A DNA stretch of 64,000 bases, taken from Octopus sinensis. Its lineage: Eukaryota. Positions within the stretch are counted from its first letter, which is position 1; the number at the start of each line of letters is the position of its first letter. The notes beneath the pieces were generated by a model. That model saw only the letters and a program-made list of their open reading frames with translations. It had not been told where the DNA came from and did not search any database. The stretch lies in NCBI RefSeq assembly GCF_006345805.1, contig NC_043001.1, forward strand, positions 27,218,001 to 27,282,000. The letters run 5' to 3'. Below, in pieces: positions 14,857-28,783 of the stretch. Both the position numbers and the translations under genes were made by a program.

Positions 14857-16142
14857 TTAGGCTGTCCACAAAGTTCTGAGCATTTTTTAAGCTAAATCTT
14901 TTAACGCTTCATTGAACACACCTGAAACATTACACAGTTGAAATTTTGGTGTTGCCTGAAGCGGTAGTGCATTTCTTTTTTGTTCCTGACTAAAGATAGA
15001 TTTATCTTTCATTCCAGTTACTCTTTATTGACATTTGAAATGGACAACCAAAAATTTCATATTTGCATTGTAATGCTTTTCTTTTGTAAAGAAGGAGAAA
15101 ATGTTGTAAAGACTTGCAAAATCATTTGTGAAGTTTATGGTGATGATGCTGTAGGTGAATCAACTGTTCGAAGGTGGTTTGCAAAATTTAAGGCTGGAAA
15201 GTTTAGCTTGGAAGATGACAGTTGCAGTGGTAGACCTTCAAAATTGGATGAAGATGTTTTGAAGGCAAAAATTAAAGAAAACTCAAATATCATGACTTGA
15301 GAACTTGCAAAGGAGTTGGGAGTTTCTAAAAGTACAGCTCATGAACACCTACTGAAACTAGGGTACATTTCTCGCTATAATGTATGGGTCACTCACAAAC
15401 ACTCAGAAAAGAATTGCTTGGACCAGTATTCTGTTTGTGATATGTTTTTGAAAAAGAATGAAAGCACGCCTATTTTGAAACAAATTGTGACTAGAGGTGA
15501 AAAATGGATTGTGTACGAAAATGTAGTGCAAAAAAGATCCTGGTGTTTGCATAAAGATCCCCAAAAACAGCAACCAAAGACAAATATCCATACCAAAAAA
15601 GCTATGCTTTGTGTTTGGTGGGATCATAAAGGCATTATTTATTATGAGCTTTTCCCACAACACCAGACCCTTAATTCTGATGTGTACTGTCGTCAGCTGG
15701 CCAATTTGAAGCAAAAATTCAAAGAATTGAGGCTGGAGATTCCCAACAAGAAAGTGGTAGTGTTCTAACAAGACAATGCCCGATCACATGTATCTTTGGC
15801 TACCTGAACAAAGTTACATGAACCTGGCTGAGATCTCTTACCTCATCCACCATATTCTCCTGATGTCATGCCACCCAACTACCATTTGTTTTTGTCTCTA
15901 CAAAACTCGTTTCAATGAAAAACATTTAACGATTTAGATGGAGTCAAAATGCATCTTGATAACTTTTTTCTTCAAAACCACTCAAATTTTATGCTGATGG
16001 AATATTTAAATTGCCTGAAAAATGGGCAATGGTCATTAATAATAATAGAAATTATTTCATTGAATAAAATCTATTGAAAGGTCAATTATTTTTATCACTT
16101 TTTGCATATTAAAAAACACTCAGAACTTTCCAGACAACCTAA
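14857..16142 (+). mobile_element. Full-length (1286 bp) inactive mariner element
   Basis: ~35-bp TIRs, TA target duplications (14855-56, 16143-44); HTH region, QDNA and HPPYSPD motifs; several stops, and the first and third catalytic Asp are changed. Confidence 0.93.
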
Positions 16143-17058
16143 TATCTCCACTTCTAAAGGATGTCTCACAATTACTAAATGAAAGTTGATACCAACACCA
16201 TATTAGAAAGGGAGATGATATTTTATCATATATCCATTGTCTGGAAATCTTTGACTTCTTCATTAACTCTTCCATCCCAAATGTATCCTTCTGTTCTGTT
16301 TAGTCCATTCTAGACTAAACGATACAGGAGATGATATCAAGATTTAAGAAGTCTCCAAAGTTGACATGCTATTAAAGATAAGAGGACAGATATGGACATT
16401 TGTTTTTGCCTCAATAAGTATTATTAGTATAATAATTGTTCTAACCTATCTCCAGCAGCCAAGGGTCATAGACATATAGAAAGGTTCGCATCATATTTAT
16501 AGCCAAGGTAATTTGTATAGATTAAACAAAATGAGCTAAGTGATGTAAAGGCAAAGAATTTCATCTATGGCTCTTATATATATGTGTATATATATATATA
16601 TCCACATACTTACACAATACAAATAGATGTTAATACTTAACTTCTAATGCATACATGCAGATATTATAAGATGCACTTACAGTTCTGTAAATGTATGCAC
16701 ATAAATGTTCCACCAAGCCTTTCTGCACAGTGACATAAGCATAGTCATATGCTAACATATACATATGTATGCACAAATAAAACATACTCATAAAAGCATA
16801 TAGCCAGTGATGGAAATGGTTGATTATGCAGTGGGGTAGCAGTCCTCTACTTTACAATTCACAGAGGTGAGTAGATTATAGCATCTTACCTCACCTTACT
16901 AACCCCAGCCTTTCAAACCTTAACATAACCCTAGGAACTAATATCCATTTCTGTCACTGTATTTACCTCACAAGGTATGTGAATGTATCTTTGAAATTTA
17001 TGTATGTAAAATAAACTTTTCCATATATAAACTTTTTTTATGTATTGTATTTTGACAG

Positions 17059-17229
17059 GCTGCAAACCTGGTTGGATTTCTGGTCCAAGTGGTTGCTATC
17101 GTTTGTTTATCGGCAATGCTCGAAGACTCAATGCCAAAGAAATGTGTTACACTAAAGATAGTCATTTAGTAATTATTGACAGTTTGGAAGAAAATGCGTT
17201 TCTTTCAGTTTTACTTCAGACCAATAATG
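17059..17229 (+). CDS. C-type lectin domain exon 1 (GCKPGWISGPSGCYRLF...AKEMC...HLVIIDSLEENAFL), phase 1-1
   Basis: gacag/gtaag sites; CTLD N-terminal pattern CxxGW-CY-A-C-HLVxIxSxEENxFL. Confidence 0.95.
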
Positions 17230-19237
17230 GTAAGAGCATAATTTTATAAATTTCTTTAATAATTGCTTTAAATGTCATCCTTGGTCATAAACTTTTGGAG
17301 TAATTTTTTCTTAAGCAATTTTTAACAGTTATGAAATGTATAAACATGACTTTTACTGGAGTAATTCTTATACATCTGGTACAGTACATTTATGATACAT
17401 ACACACATTCAGAAACGGATCCAAATAATTTTCTTTTGAATGTTATGTACTTTATTAAACAGGTTTCCTTTAACAAAATCTTGTGTCTAATCACCTACTC
17501 ACACCAGAATTTCCTTCCAAAGTATCTTTATTTTAAATTTTAATTAGTGACAATTCAAACTGAATATTAATCCTATCAGCTGAATATTATCCTCAATTTT
17601 AGTACATAATAATGAAATATAACTATTACAGAGTATTACTCTCATATTTGATGGCATTAAAGACACATGGGTATATCAGACATACCTTAATTACAATAGC
17701 ACATATACAGGAAAAAAGTCGTTGGTGCAGCGAAGTTTATGAGAGCCTAAACTTTGCTTGTAGGACCAGTGGGAGGGTATTTAATTATTAATTCATTTAT
17801 TTACTTATTGAAAAATGTATGTCTTATATGCCATCAAATATGGTCATTAAATATGCATGAACTCCTTGCCAGAATTTTTTTCCCATGTAAGGAATTGTTA
17901 TTCATCACCTGTACAGTGATGTATAAAAATTATAACTAATATAGTACTAAACTTTCAACCAAATACTTCATGATTATTATCCTGTCATTAACACGTCACT
18001 AACCCAAGACATTTCAATTTTGGTCTCTTATATCCTCTAGCCACAATTAACTAACTTTCATAAAAATAGATCACTGCTGTTGGAAGAAGTGTGAACACTG
18101 AATAAACAACTTGCCTTTCATTAGTCTATAGTGTTGAATACAATTGTTTATGAGGTCCCAGATTTGCTTCCATTGTCAAGTATCTTCTTTTCTACACAGT
18201 GAATCAGATTCATCCGAGCATTATGAGTTGGGCAGATGGCAACTGTGTAGAAGTCTGTTGGGTGGATATACCTGTAATGTAAAGGGTGATGCTGATTCTG
18301 TCCCAGGATTATGTTAAAGAAACGAAAGTCTGTGGAACATTCAGCCACCGACATTATAATACAAGGAGTAGGTAGTTCAGTTGATTAACCAATTAGTAAA
18401 CTCATTGTTGAAACTGACACAAGATTCATCATCATTATATATATATAAAGAGAGAGAGGGGGAGAAATAGATAGAGGGGGAGAAGGAGAGGTAACAATGC
18501 AAATTCACAAATAAACACATTTGGGCTTGATACATGTAGCTTAGTGGTAGATGCAGGCATGGCTTCCCAACCACATGGTTCTGAGTTCAGTCCTACTGCA
18601 TAGCACTTTGAGCAAGTGTGTTCTATTGTAGCTTTGGGCTGACCAAAGCGCTGTGAGTGAATTTTGAGACAAAAACTGAAAGAAGCCTGTTGCAGATGTG
18701 TGTGTGTATGTGTCTTTGTCTTTGTGTGTGTGTGTGTCTTTATGTGTCTCTCAAGGGGAGAGGGTATGGTATTTTGGGTCTGACAACTGTTCTGGCGGCT
18801 TGGAATTACATGATATCTGTAATGTTGATGGATGGAGTGTGTAAAAAGTAAAGGATATGCAGCCAGCAGCGGCTGCATATAAACATTGCTGTAAAACCAG
18901 CCTCTGTCTTCAGGGTGGAGAGATTGGCACACACACACACACATATACATATATATATATATATTATATATATATATATATATATAATATATATATATAT
19001 ACATATACATATACATATACATATACCAGACCCCGGTCGAACCATCCAACCGTGCTAGCGTGGAAAACGGACGTTAAACGATGATGATATATATATATAT
19101 AAGAAGTATTAGGGGTGATGTACAGATTTAATACATATGAAAGAAAAAAGGCGTTCAGAATGCTGGATGGTTGTAAAAATATATATTTATTTACATATCA
19201 CATATTATTGCTTCATATTCATTCTGAACACCTTTTT

Positions 19238-19296
<59 letters not shown>

Positions 19297-19458
19297 TACT
19301 AATATAGTTTGAAGTTTTTTTACAGAAAAAAATTCCATCAAAAAATGTGGCAGCATATTAAAATACCTTGTACTAATGAGCAAGGTTTGTATATATTAAC
19401 CTTAAGTATTGTTGTGTTCATGTCCCACTGATTATTTCCTTTTACCCATTTTTTGTAG

Positions 19459-19554
19459 ATAATCATGTCTGGTTGACAGATGGTTTCAGGTATGGAAGTA
19501 ATTGGGCATGGAGATATGAGAGAGAAGCTATATCTACTTTCTATTGGTTTCCTG
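19459..19554 (+). CDS. C-type lectin domain exon 2 (DNHVWLTDGFRYGSNWAWRYEREAISTFYWFP), phase 1-1
   Basis: ttttgtag/gtaaat sites; 96 nt, open frame, Trp pattern of the CTLD middle section. Confidence 0.85.
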
Positions 19555-20973
19555 GTAAATATAGTAATTTTAAAGCATAAAAGCATCTCAGAATTTAAGC
19601 CTTTTAACTTTTCAAACTGGAATAGACTAGAATAAACGTTTCTAAATTTAGTAATAATGAAGGTGAAACTACGACCAACTGCTTTGATAATGATTTTTGA
19701 AATAACCACATTTTGAATTATTTTCATAAACTATCAGCCCTGAGTCATGTATCTCAGCTTTTTCCAATTCTGCAACTGGATAAGAAATGTACAGGATGCT
19801 TAATGTAGTACTAATTTCTGAGAGCACAGAAGAATGATGCAACTCAGATGAGATACGAAATCACATCTCATCAATCACCATTATCCATTTTATTATTGTC
19901 ATTCGCTGAAATAAACCTGTATCAAATGGTATGTTTCACTTTTAGTTCTTATGATTACTCCGGATATCATTGAGTTGTTTATCAAAATTTGCACCTTAGG
20001 GTGTTCATTATTAATCTGGCCTGGGTAGCAAGCTGGCAGTGTTGTTAGCATGCTGGGCAAAAATGCTTAAGCAGCATTTCATCCAACCTGAAGTTCTGAG
20101 TTCAAATTCTGTCATGGTTGACTTTGCCTTTCATCTTTTGGAGATCAATAAAGTGAATACCAGTTGAGCCCTGGGGTCGATGTAATCAACTTAATCCCTC
20201 CCCTAAAACTGCTGGCTTTGTGCCAAAATTTAAGCCCATTATAAATCTGAATATTCTTTCAAACTTAAAGGAAAGGAAGCACTCAATATAACTTTTGTAA
20301 AAAGTTTAGCTCTGAATTCTATAATACTATAAAGAGAATGAGATATGAGTCTTTCTCTTGCCATTAAGCACTTATTGACTTGCCTTTATCATTTATTTAT
20401 GTATCTATTTATTTATGTATATATTTTGTTGTTTATGTATATATTGAGCTGTACAATTGACATTGATCTATTATGTGTGTTTTTACTCAAAATGTTTGTT
20501 ATTGAGTGAGCAAGATGGGAATATTACAGAATGTGATATGGTTTAACCCTTTAGCATTCAGATTACTCTGTCAAAGGTAATGCTTATTTATTCACTTTGT
20601 TTTAAATTAGTCATGCATTATCTCATAGCTTCAAGATTTCAATGTTTATTTTTAGAATAACATTGTAGGGTCAGTGTGAGAAAACTGAATCTGATCAGTT
20701 TGAACATAAGACAAGGAGAATATTTGGGTCAGATACAGCTGGTTTAAATGTTGAAGGGTTAAAATGGTAGTCTTTTATGATATTTATGAATAATGCTTTG
20801 ATGGACATTTTGATGCGCTCATGAAACTATGCTATAAATGTCTACATGTGAAGTGAGAAATGTTTTACAATTATGTCGAGTGTGATATGAAACGGTATGG
20901 TGCAGACTGCTCAGTGTGACAAGTCAACATTAAACCTAGAATTGAACAAGCCTGTACTACCATTTCTTTACAG

Positions 20974-21156
20974 GATGGATGCCTGATAAGAAGTCTGCAG
21001 AGCCAAGCAAAAGAGGGAGATGTATTAGTTTATCCAATATGTTTCAGCATGATGGAGAACTGTACATGACTAGTTACTTCTTCTGGAAGACATCTAACTG
21101 TAACTCAGTCACAGGTTTTATCTGTGAACGGAAAAAAACACCTGATTTCACAGAAG
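20974..21156 (+). CDS. C-type lectin domain exon 3 (GWMPDKKSAEPSKRGRCISL...FFWKTSNCNSVTGFICE), phase 1-1
   Basis: ttacag/gtaagt sites; C...W...C...FICE terminus of a CTLD. Confidence 0.92.
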
Positions 21157-21717
21157 GTAAGTATGCAAGCTGGTTCTCCACCTTGATTTTATTTTTAGCG
21201 GTCATTCTAAGAAGGAATAGTGTTTAGAAGAACATTCATGTTCTCTGAGATATCACTAAGGAACTAGGTTAAGTTTATATGATTGTTTGAACTTAAGCAT
21301 GATATTCATTGTAAGGAAAGAGTGAGATCTATAGGAAGACAGTTCTGAGGAGAAAAGATGGAATGAAGTCCTTTAATATAAGGGTCTAATTGGAGAAGAC
21401 AATAAAAGTATGCAAGTGTATCAAATGAATTAGTTAGGGATGACAAGAACTGGAAAATTCTGTAACTTTTTTGCTAATTTATTTTGTCCTTTTGTTTCCT
21501 CTCCTGGTGCTGTACGAACATTTAATGTGGTTTTAAAGTCAAGTTTTGACTGCTATTTCCAGCGTGGTGGTATCTCTTAGATACCCTAAATTATAATTTT
21601 AATAATAATTATTACCTTTGAAGGTTTTTATTACCATGCTGGCCACTTGATAAGATCGATATTTAAATTAACGATCTTATCCTTATTTATATAAATTTAT
21701 ATATATATATATATACA

Positions 21718-22086
21718 TATATTAATTATAATGAAGGGTTAATTGCAACAAGTTGCTCAAAACCACATTCCGAAAATATTAGAAATAGCAGCCAAATAGG
21801 TCACTATTTCTACTACTAGTAAAAAAGTCTCCACAAACAAACAGAATTTGTAACCCGTATATGGTAAAGAGAAAGAAGACAACAAAATCCCAGCCTATTA
21901 ATCCAATAGGCTGGGATTTCGTTGTCTTCTTTCTCTTCACCATATACGGGTTACAAATTCTGTTTGTTTGTGGAGACTTTTTTACTAGTAGTAGAAATAG
22001 TGACCTATTTGGCTGCTATTTCTAATATTTTCGGAATGTGGTTTTGAGCAACTTGTTGCAATTAACCCTTCATTATAATTAATATA
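21718..22086. repeat. Near-perfect palindrome: 182-bp arms, 5-nt loop (aatcc, 21900-21904), 2 mismatches
   Basis: 21718-21899 is the reverse complement of 21905-22086 except at 21866/21938 and 21884/21920. Confidence 0.95.
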
Positions 22087-22177
22087 ATCCTTACCAAATA
22101 TGGTCATTTCCATACCGAAAAAACTACTTGGTGAAATTTATTAATTTAATTAAATTAATTATATTTCACCCTTTATG

Positions 22178-22230
<53 letters not shown>

Positions 22231-23183
22231 TTTTAAACAAAATTTTATACATTAGGCTGCACATAACCAAATATACCTTAAAATACATTGTGTCATCATT
22301 CAACTGCATTATTTGTACATGATTGATGTTATAGAACCCTATCCTTAATTGGCTACAGGTCTAGGAGTATAGTGGGTCATCATGGCTAAGTCAACCTTTG
22401 GTTATATCATGCCTTTCTTCCCAGGATGAATTCTTGTCAATACCGTCCAACCCATGCTAGCATGGAAAGCGGAGGTTAAACGATGATGATGATGATGATG
22501 AAATGAATGGTGAGATGTTCCTTCAACTAACCAGTCACTTTTATTTGCAAAAATTTGCAGATTTTCTTCCAGGATAATCAGAATCAAAATCATGTAAAAC
22601 AATATGTAGTTTGTAATGGATTAGATTTATAAATTCCTCCAATAATTTTTTGGATGACTACATAGCTCTCTGTGCTGGCCGATCGACCCCTCTATGTAGT
22701 CTTACTGCAGTAATTATTACCATATTTGGTTGAGCCTGTGGCAGCAAAGACTTCTGGCATTCTTGGCCCCTAGACCATATCTTTGCTCATCGCTACAGGA
22801 GCAGTGACTGCTGTCCACAAGTGTAATCCCCATGACTCAGGGTTGCTGTTCCAGTGCATCTCCCTCACCATTCTCTGGAGCAACACCTTTTCTATTTTGT
22901 CTACTGGGGCCATGTGGCAGTCTGACTCGCAGGAAATTGTATACTCCGCTCCATAAATACTTACATTCATGCAATATTTCTTTTCATTACTTCCAATCCC
23001 ATCAGGATGGACTTTTCCCTTTTGTCTCTTGAGGGTTAATAAAAAACAATGATCTCTGCATGCAACAACAATTCTTCCGGAAAACCATATTGGTTTTGAA
23101 TCAAAGTAAGAAATACTTATAATTTTTACAATTATATATGTGGCTTTGTGTAAGTTGTTCATGTGACTCATTAATGCTTTCAG

Positions 23184-23302
23184 ATTGTTACAGTGGAAAT
23201 GGTGTGTCCTACAGAGGGTCTGTATCAGAAACAGTCAGAGGAACACCCTGCCTTAAATGGACAGAGAATTTTAAATATAACACAATAAACTCTCCCAATG
23301 CA
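23184..23302 (+). CDS. Kringle 1, first half (DCYSGNGVSYRGSVSETVRGTPCLKW...SPNA), phase 1-0
   Basis: tttcag/gtaagt sites; kringle motif CYxGNGxSYRGxxSxTxxGxxCxxW. Confidence 0.95.
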
Positions 23303-25789
23303 GTAAGTTTACTTTGAATTTTAATTGCTTATCTTGACAATGGTTTGAATACATAGTTAGATAATTGATACTGAGAATAAAAAAAACTGATATAAATAAA
23401 AACCATTCATATAATCCACCTTGAATATCCATAAATTAATTAGTGAGAGGAATACGATAAATAAACAAAGGTAATAACTTCTAGTTTATTGATAAACATT
23501 CTTATCATTTTTTATGGCATCAGGTAAAACTTTGTTAGCAGTGAGCAAAAACGCTATTAGCTAGTGACATTAATTATCTGAGATTTTAAATTAAACTGAA
23601 TGAATAGTAAATTTTTTATTTTTTGTTCAATTCAATCAAGAAAAAATTACATGTAACCATTGAAATGTGATGAGCTTACAGGTGATTCATGCCCTCCAGA
23701 TTCAGAACAGTAAAACTGTTTCAAATTTTAGCAAAAGCCACAAATTTTAGTGAGAACAGGTAAGTCAATTACATCGACTCTAGTGCCCAACTGGTACTTA
23801 TTCTATCAACCCTCAAGAAGATGAAAGACAAAGTCAACCTTAGCAGAATTTGAACTCAGAATATAGGACTGGAAGAAACGTTGCTAAGCATATCGTCCTG
23901 AATACTAATGATTCTGCCAGATCACAGCCTTTCAGCACAATGAAATTGACAACAAAACGTGTTTTAGGTTGCTATGATGAAAGAGAATATCCATTATTTT
24001 CATTGGATCCACTTTCCAATGAAGACTCTTCTCTAAATATTAAATATTCATTTTTCTAGCTAAGCTAAATAATACTCTCTTTTTCTGAATTTAACAAAAT
24101 TTGTCTATATTAAATTCTGAATTCTTACTTTGTAAGGTCCATAGTGGCTTTTATATTCGTTTTTTTTTTTTATAAGTACTTCTGGTTCCTATGCCAAGGT
24201 TATGAATTGTTTTCTAGATTCTCATCATCATCATCATTGTCATTTAACATTCGTTTTCCATGCTGTCATATGTTGGACAGCTTGATAAGAGCTAGCAAGG
24301 CCAGGGGCTGCAACAGGTTCCATTGTCTGTTTTGGATTGGTTTCTACTGCTGAATGCCCTTCCTAACATCAACCATTTTATAGAGTGTACTGAGTGCTTT
24401 TTTATGTGGCACCATCACTAGTAGTTTCTATGTAACAAGAATAGTTCTAGAATTTTCTAGTGATGCAAACTTTTAATACCATATCCTTTCCTTACCATAC
24501 ATGTCTAAGATAATGACACAGTATCCTGTGTAGAGAAATACACTTATAATAGAATTCTTTCTAAGCACTGTCATTCTAATTTTGACATTTAGTTTGTAAT
24601 TCTTTCAGGTTCTACTCAGTCATCAATCGAGAGCCAAGTAATAAATCTCTTTATATAAACAGTTAGGTGGTTATTATGTACATCTTTAATACTTTGAATG
24701 AATCTTACTCCCTACTTTTATTTGTCTTATAGAATATGGTTGTTGACATTTCTGCAAAGTAATGTATTAGGACAGACTTCAATATGTTACCATTAACATG
24801 GGTGTTATCCATTAGTACACAAGTTCATAGATCATGGTATTTTCTTTGACATGTATTTAAGTGCCACTAACAGGATTAGATGAGAATACTGAGACTATTA
24901 ACGCAGGTCATCCAGCACATTCATTGTGATATCAAATATGCCAAAGGAAATACCATTCTTTATGTCACTGCATCTTGCTTGGAAAACAGTTGAGTGTTGG
25001 CAACAGGAAAGGCATCTGGCCATAGAAAACCTACCTCAACAAACTCTGTTTAACCATGCAAACATAGAAAAGTGTAAATTATAATGATGATGATGGTATA
25101 TTAATCTGTATATACATATATATATAACTTGTCATTTATATTTTTTGTTTGCTTTTTAACCTCCACTTTTTCCCATGCTAGCACAGGCTAGACAGATATG
25201 CAGAATATCCAGGAATAGATGTATGGCAGGAAAGTTGCTTCCCAACCACATGATTCCTAGTTCAATCCCACTGTGTGAAACTTTTGGCACCCAAAGCTAG
25301 TGAATAGATTTGGTTGATAGAAACTTTAAAATGCTTGTCATGTGTGCGTGTATATGTCTCTGTCTCCTTATGCTGACATCAAATGATTGCTGCTTATTAA
25401 TTAGCTTAATTATTAAAGTCTACACTGCCGAAAATATTCTTAAAAATTCTAATTTTGATATATTTTTATCAAAATGTGGTTTTTGATTTTCTTTTGTTTC
25501 AACTACAAAAATTAATTTTAATTCACTGAGATATGTTTTTTAACACCATGAGATAATGTTCCCTCTTTGTCTTTTCTCTCTCTTTACACAAAGGGTTGTA
25601 AAATGAAATCTGTTGTATATTTCAACAACTGATTCCTTTGCTGAGATTATTGTTCATGTTATCATAGTTTATATGATGAATAGGAATAAGATAAATATAA
25701 TTCCATCTTTGTACATCTGAAATTGTGTGTTTATGTAGGTTATTAATGCTGAAATACATAAATATATATATCATAAATGTATATACATA

Positions 25790-26098
25790 TACGTATGTAT
25801 ATCATATCATGTGACTATCACTATCACGTGACCGACCAGTCCATCAGATGTAGTTACACATCGCTGGTCACAATGCATTCGCATTGTTTTAGCCTTCGAA
25901 TGAGCAGGCCAACAGAAGAAAGAGTTGAAGAAAGAGTGGTGAAAGAGTACAGCAGGGATCACCACCCCCTGCCGGAGCCTCGTGGAGCTTTTAGGTGTTT
26001 TCGCCCAATAAACACTCACAACGCCCGGTCTGGGAATCGAAACCACGATCCTACGACCGCGAGTCTGCTGCCCTAACCACTAGGCCATTGCGCCTCCA
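25790..26098 (-). mobile_element. tRNA-derived SINE found only in kringle cassette copy 1 (same family as 46945-47295)
   Basis: Reverse complement begins ggaggcgcaatggcctagtggttagggcagc...ggtttcgattcccagaccggg; absent at the matching site near 33880. Confidence 0.85.
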
Positions 26099-26984
26099 TA
26101 TGTATATACATAAATATGCACATATGTATAACAGAAAAGTAATGCAGAGCAATAAGTAAGTTCTGCAGTATGAACTTTCACAGTACATACTTGGAGTGCC
26201 TTCTAGTTCACTGTCTGGCAAAGTTGTAAAATCTGATATGCATATATATGGTGAACCAAGGATATTTATGTAGCTAAGTTATGTCAGCATATTACCAGAT
26301 TTCTTCATAAATTATAACACTATCTTTGAGTCCTTGCTATTATTCTGAATTTATTTATTGAATGAGGGAGTGTTGTTACATAAATATCAGATATGAAGAG
26401 AAATTAAATCTGACATATCAGAAAAACTATACGAATTGAGAATTAAATGTATAAATATGATTTTGTGACCAGCAAAAAAAAAAAAAGAAACCGTCCAGTG
26501 GGCAGTTTTCTGCCAGTGTGTAAAAATAACTGATCATAGTTCAATGTCAATTTACGTAACCAAGAATAAGATACTTGTTGACAACAGTCATTTAAGTAGG
26601 GATATTTTTTTTATTACTAGGAATCTTTCTGAAGTTCAAATAACGGACTGGCAGAATCAGTAGCACATTGAGCAAAGTGTTTAGTGGTGTTTCTTCTGAC
26701 TCTATAAGTTCTGAGTTCAAATGCTGGCAAAGTCAACTTTGCCTTTTAATTTCATCCTTTTCGAGTTGATGAAATAAGCACCAATTGAGCACTGGACCAG
26801 TACCCACCTCCTTACCACTAAAACAGGCCTTGTACCTATAGTAGAAAGAATTGTTATTACTATTACAAGAGGAATTTATTCTGAAAAAAATCTCCATCAA
26901 AATATATCTGACACATACCTCAAGCAACATATAAAAAAAAATATAAACATTTGTAACACCAAATTTCTCTTCACCTCTCTGTAG

Positions 26985-27168
26985 GGTCTTGGAAACCACA
27001 ATCATTGTCGAAATCCTGATAAAGATAAGCGTCCATGGTGTTGGGTAGCACCAGCTTTCAAAAATCAGTTTGGATACTGTAAAATTGATCAATGTAAAAA
27101 TGTTACAGAAAGCACAACAGTGGAATCAACTGTGACTACATACCCAACAACAGTGGCACCGACTACTA
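26985..27168 (+). CDS. Kringle 1, second half plus Thr-rich linker (GLGNHNHCRNPDKDKRPWCW...GYCKIDQC...), phase 0-1
   Basis: ctgtag/gtaagt sites; kringle signature NxCRNPDxDxxPWC. Confidence 0.95.
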
Positions 27169-27878
27169 GTAAGTATTTTAAAAACAATTTAAACACCAAA
27201 TGAAGGCAATAAGGCAATTATTAGTGTTTTAATGAAAACTTCAACAGTAACAGATCATTATAAGGGGAAATATAAATCAGTATGTAGTATAGATATTTCC
27301 TGCAAAACTTAATTTGACTGTAAAATTAATGAGCTAAAATAACAATGAGATTTAAAATCAGTTACAGAAGATTATAAATTCTTTGTAATTAAAAAACTAA
27401 ATTATGTAGGTTTGATTAAATCTTGTATTGTTTCCAGAAAATATGTCTATTTATACTTTGCAATATTTGTAAATTTGGATCTAAATGAAGTTTCTTAGTG
27501 CTAAACTCCTTCAAAAACAGATATTATTGTTTTCTGGTTTCTTTCTATCATTTTATGTTGCATTTTGGTGCACATAATTTCTTACTTTCTGGACATCAGA
27601 CTTAATAAATTAAGACATTTCTCTATGACTCTTGGTGCCATATAAAAAGCATTCATGCCAGTACCACATGACAGCAACCATGCTGGTTCTACATATAAAA
27701 CACCCATGCTGGTGTCACATAAAAAGCACCCAGGGCACTCTGTAAAGTGTTTGGCATTAGACAGGACATCCAAACATAGAGACCATGCCGAAACAGACAA
27801 GTGGAGCCTGGTGCAACTCCCTGGGTTGCCAGCTCCTGTCAAACTGTCCAACCCATGCTAACACGGAAGATATATGTT

Positions 27879-28602
27879 AAACTAGAAAAGCACTTGGAGA
27901 GCGCAGACCTCCACCAAGCAGCTCATTTCCACCCATATACATGCATGCTGAAAATCACCCAATTTCCCAAACCATTTCCGGCAAAAACACAATCTCCTTG
28001 GTGGGAGTAAAAAAAAATAACACATCCATATGATTAAAAAAAAAACCCTGTAAAAACAGGAATCATCTGAAGCAGTTATAATACATCAATGACAACAGCA
28101 AGTTGGTTTCACCATACAACTAAAAAGAAACAACAATTATCTAAAACTTGAGTGATACACATACAACATCATGGTCGGAAAAGTAGCAGTGAGTTACGGT
28201 GACTTATGGATGACGATCCTGGTTCATGTAGACATGATCTAGTAGGCTTCCATAGTTGGTGGTGGGTTTTGGGAGTAGTTGGTCGAACCCAAACTGGCTC
28301 ATAGCTGTCAAGATCTCATGGTTAGGGGTTTCAAGGAGATCCATGTTGAAATCACCACAAACAATGGCCATATAAGGTAAATATAACATATGAAAAATCC
28401 TTCAAGAATCCATAAAAATTCCTGAATCACTACCAAAATTTCATCATCTGTTCCTTGTGTCATTACCAACTTTTTCTGCAAGTTTCATCAAATACCATTC
28501 ACAACTTTTTTGAGTAATTTTGCACACAGAGAGACAGACAGAAGGATAGACACAGAAACCAACGCTGATGAAAACATAACCTCCTTCCTTGGCGGAGGTA
28601 AT
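27879..28602. mobile_element. Non-autonomous Helentron/HINE-like element carrying an AP-endonuclease fragment (minus strand, ~28200-28370)
   Basis: Subterminal inverted repeats ACCTCCACCAAG (27907) and CTTGGCGGAGGT (~28588) with a terminal hairpin; IVCGDFNMDLL...PTTNYGSLLDHVY. Confidence 0.6.
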
Positions 28603-28783
28603 GATGATAATGATGATGAGGAGGAGGAGGAGGAGGAGGAAGTTCTCTTATTTTCTATGTACCTCTAGAATGATAAATCTCTCCTGAAAATGGAATAAAC
28701 AGAAAAATTAAATGCTTATTTAATAAATGTCAAATACAGCTTTCATCAACCACAATATGTTTGAAGTTATTTTAATTTTACAG

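Larger units (their letters stand above)
23155..27880 (+). repeat. Kringle cassette, copy 1 (homologous to ~31673-36972)
   Basis: Exons and intron sequence align along the whole length, apart from copy-specific insertions. Confidence 0.9.

Noticed and set aside
22990-23105. Possible exon ending at tcaaa|gtaaga before kringle 1
   Set aside because: Stops in all three frames from the nearest acceptor.
24609-24637. Possible small exon inside the kringle 1 intron (ttcag...gtaata)
   Set aside because: 29 nt would break the frame, the kringle is complete without it, and the paralogous site near 33140 lacks the GT.
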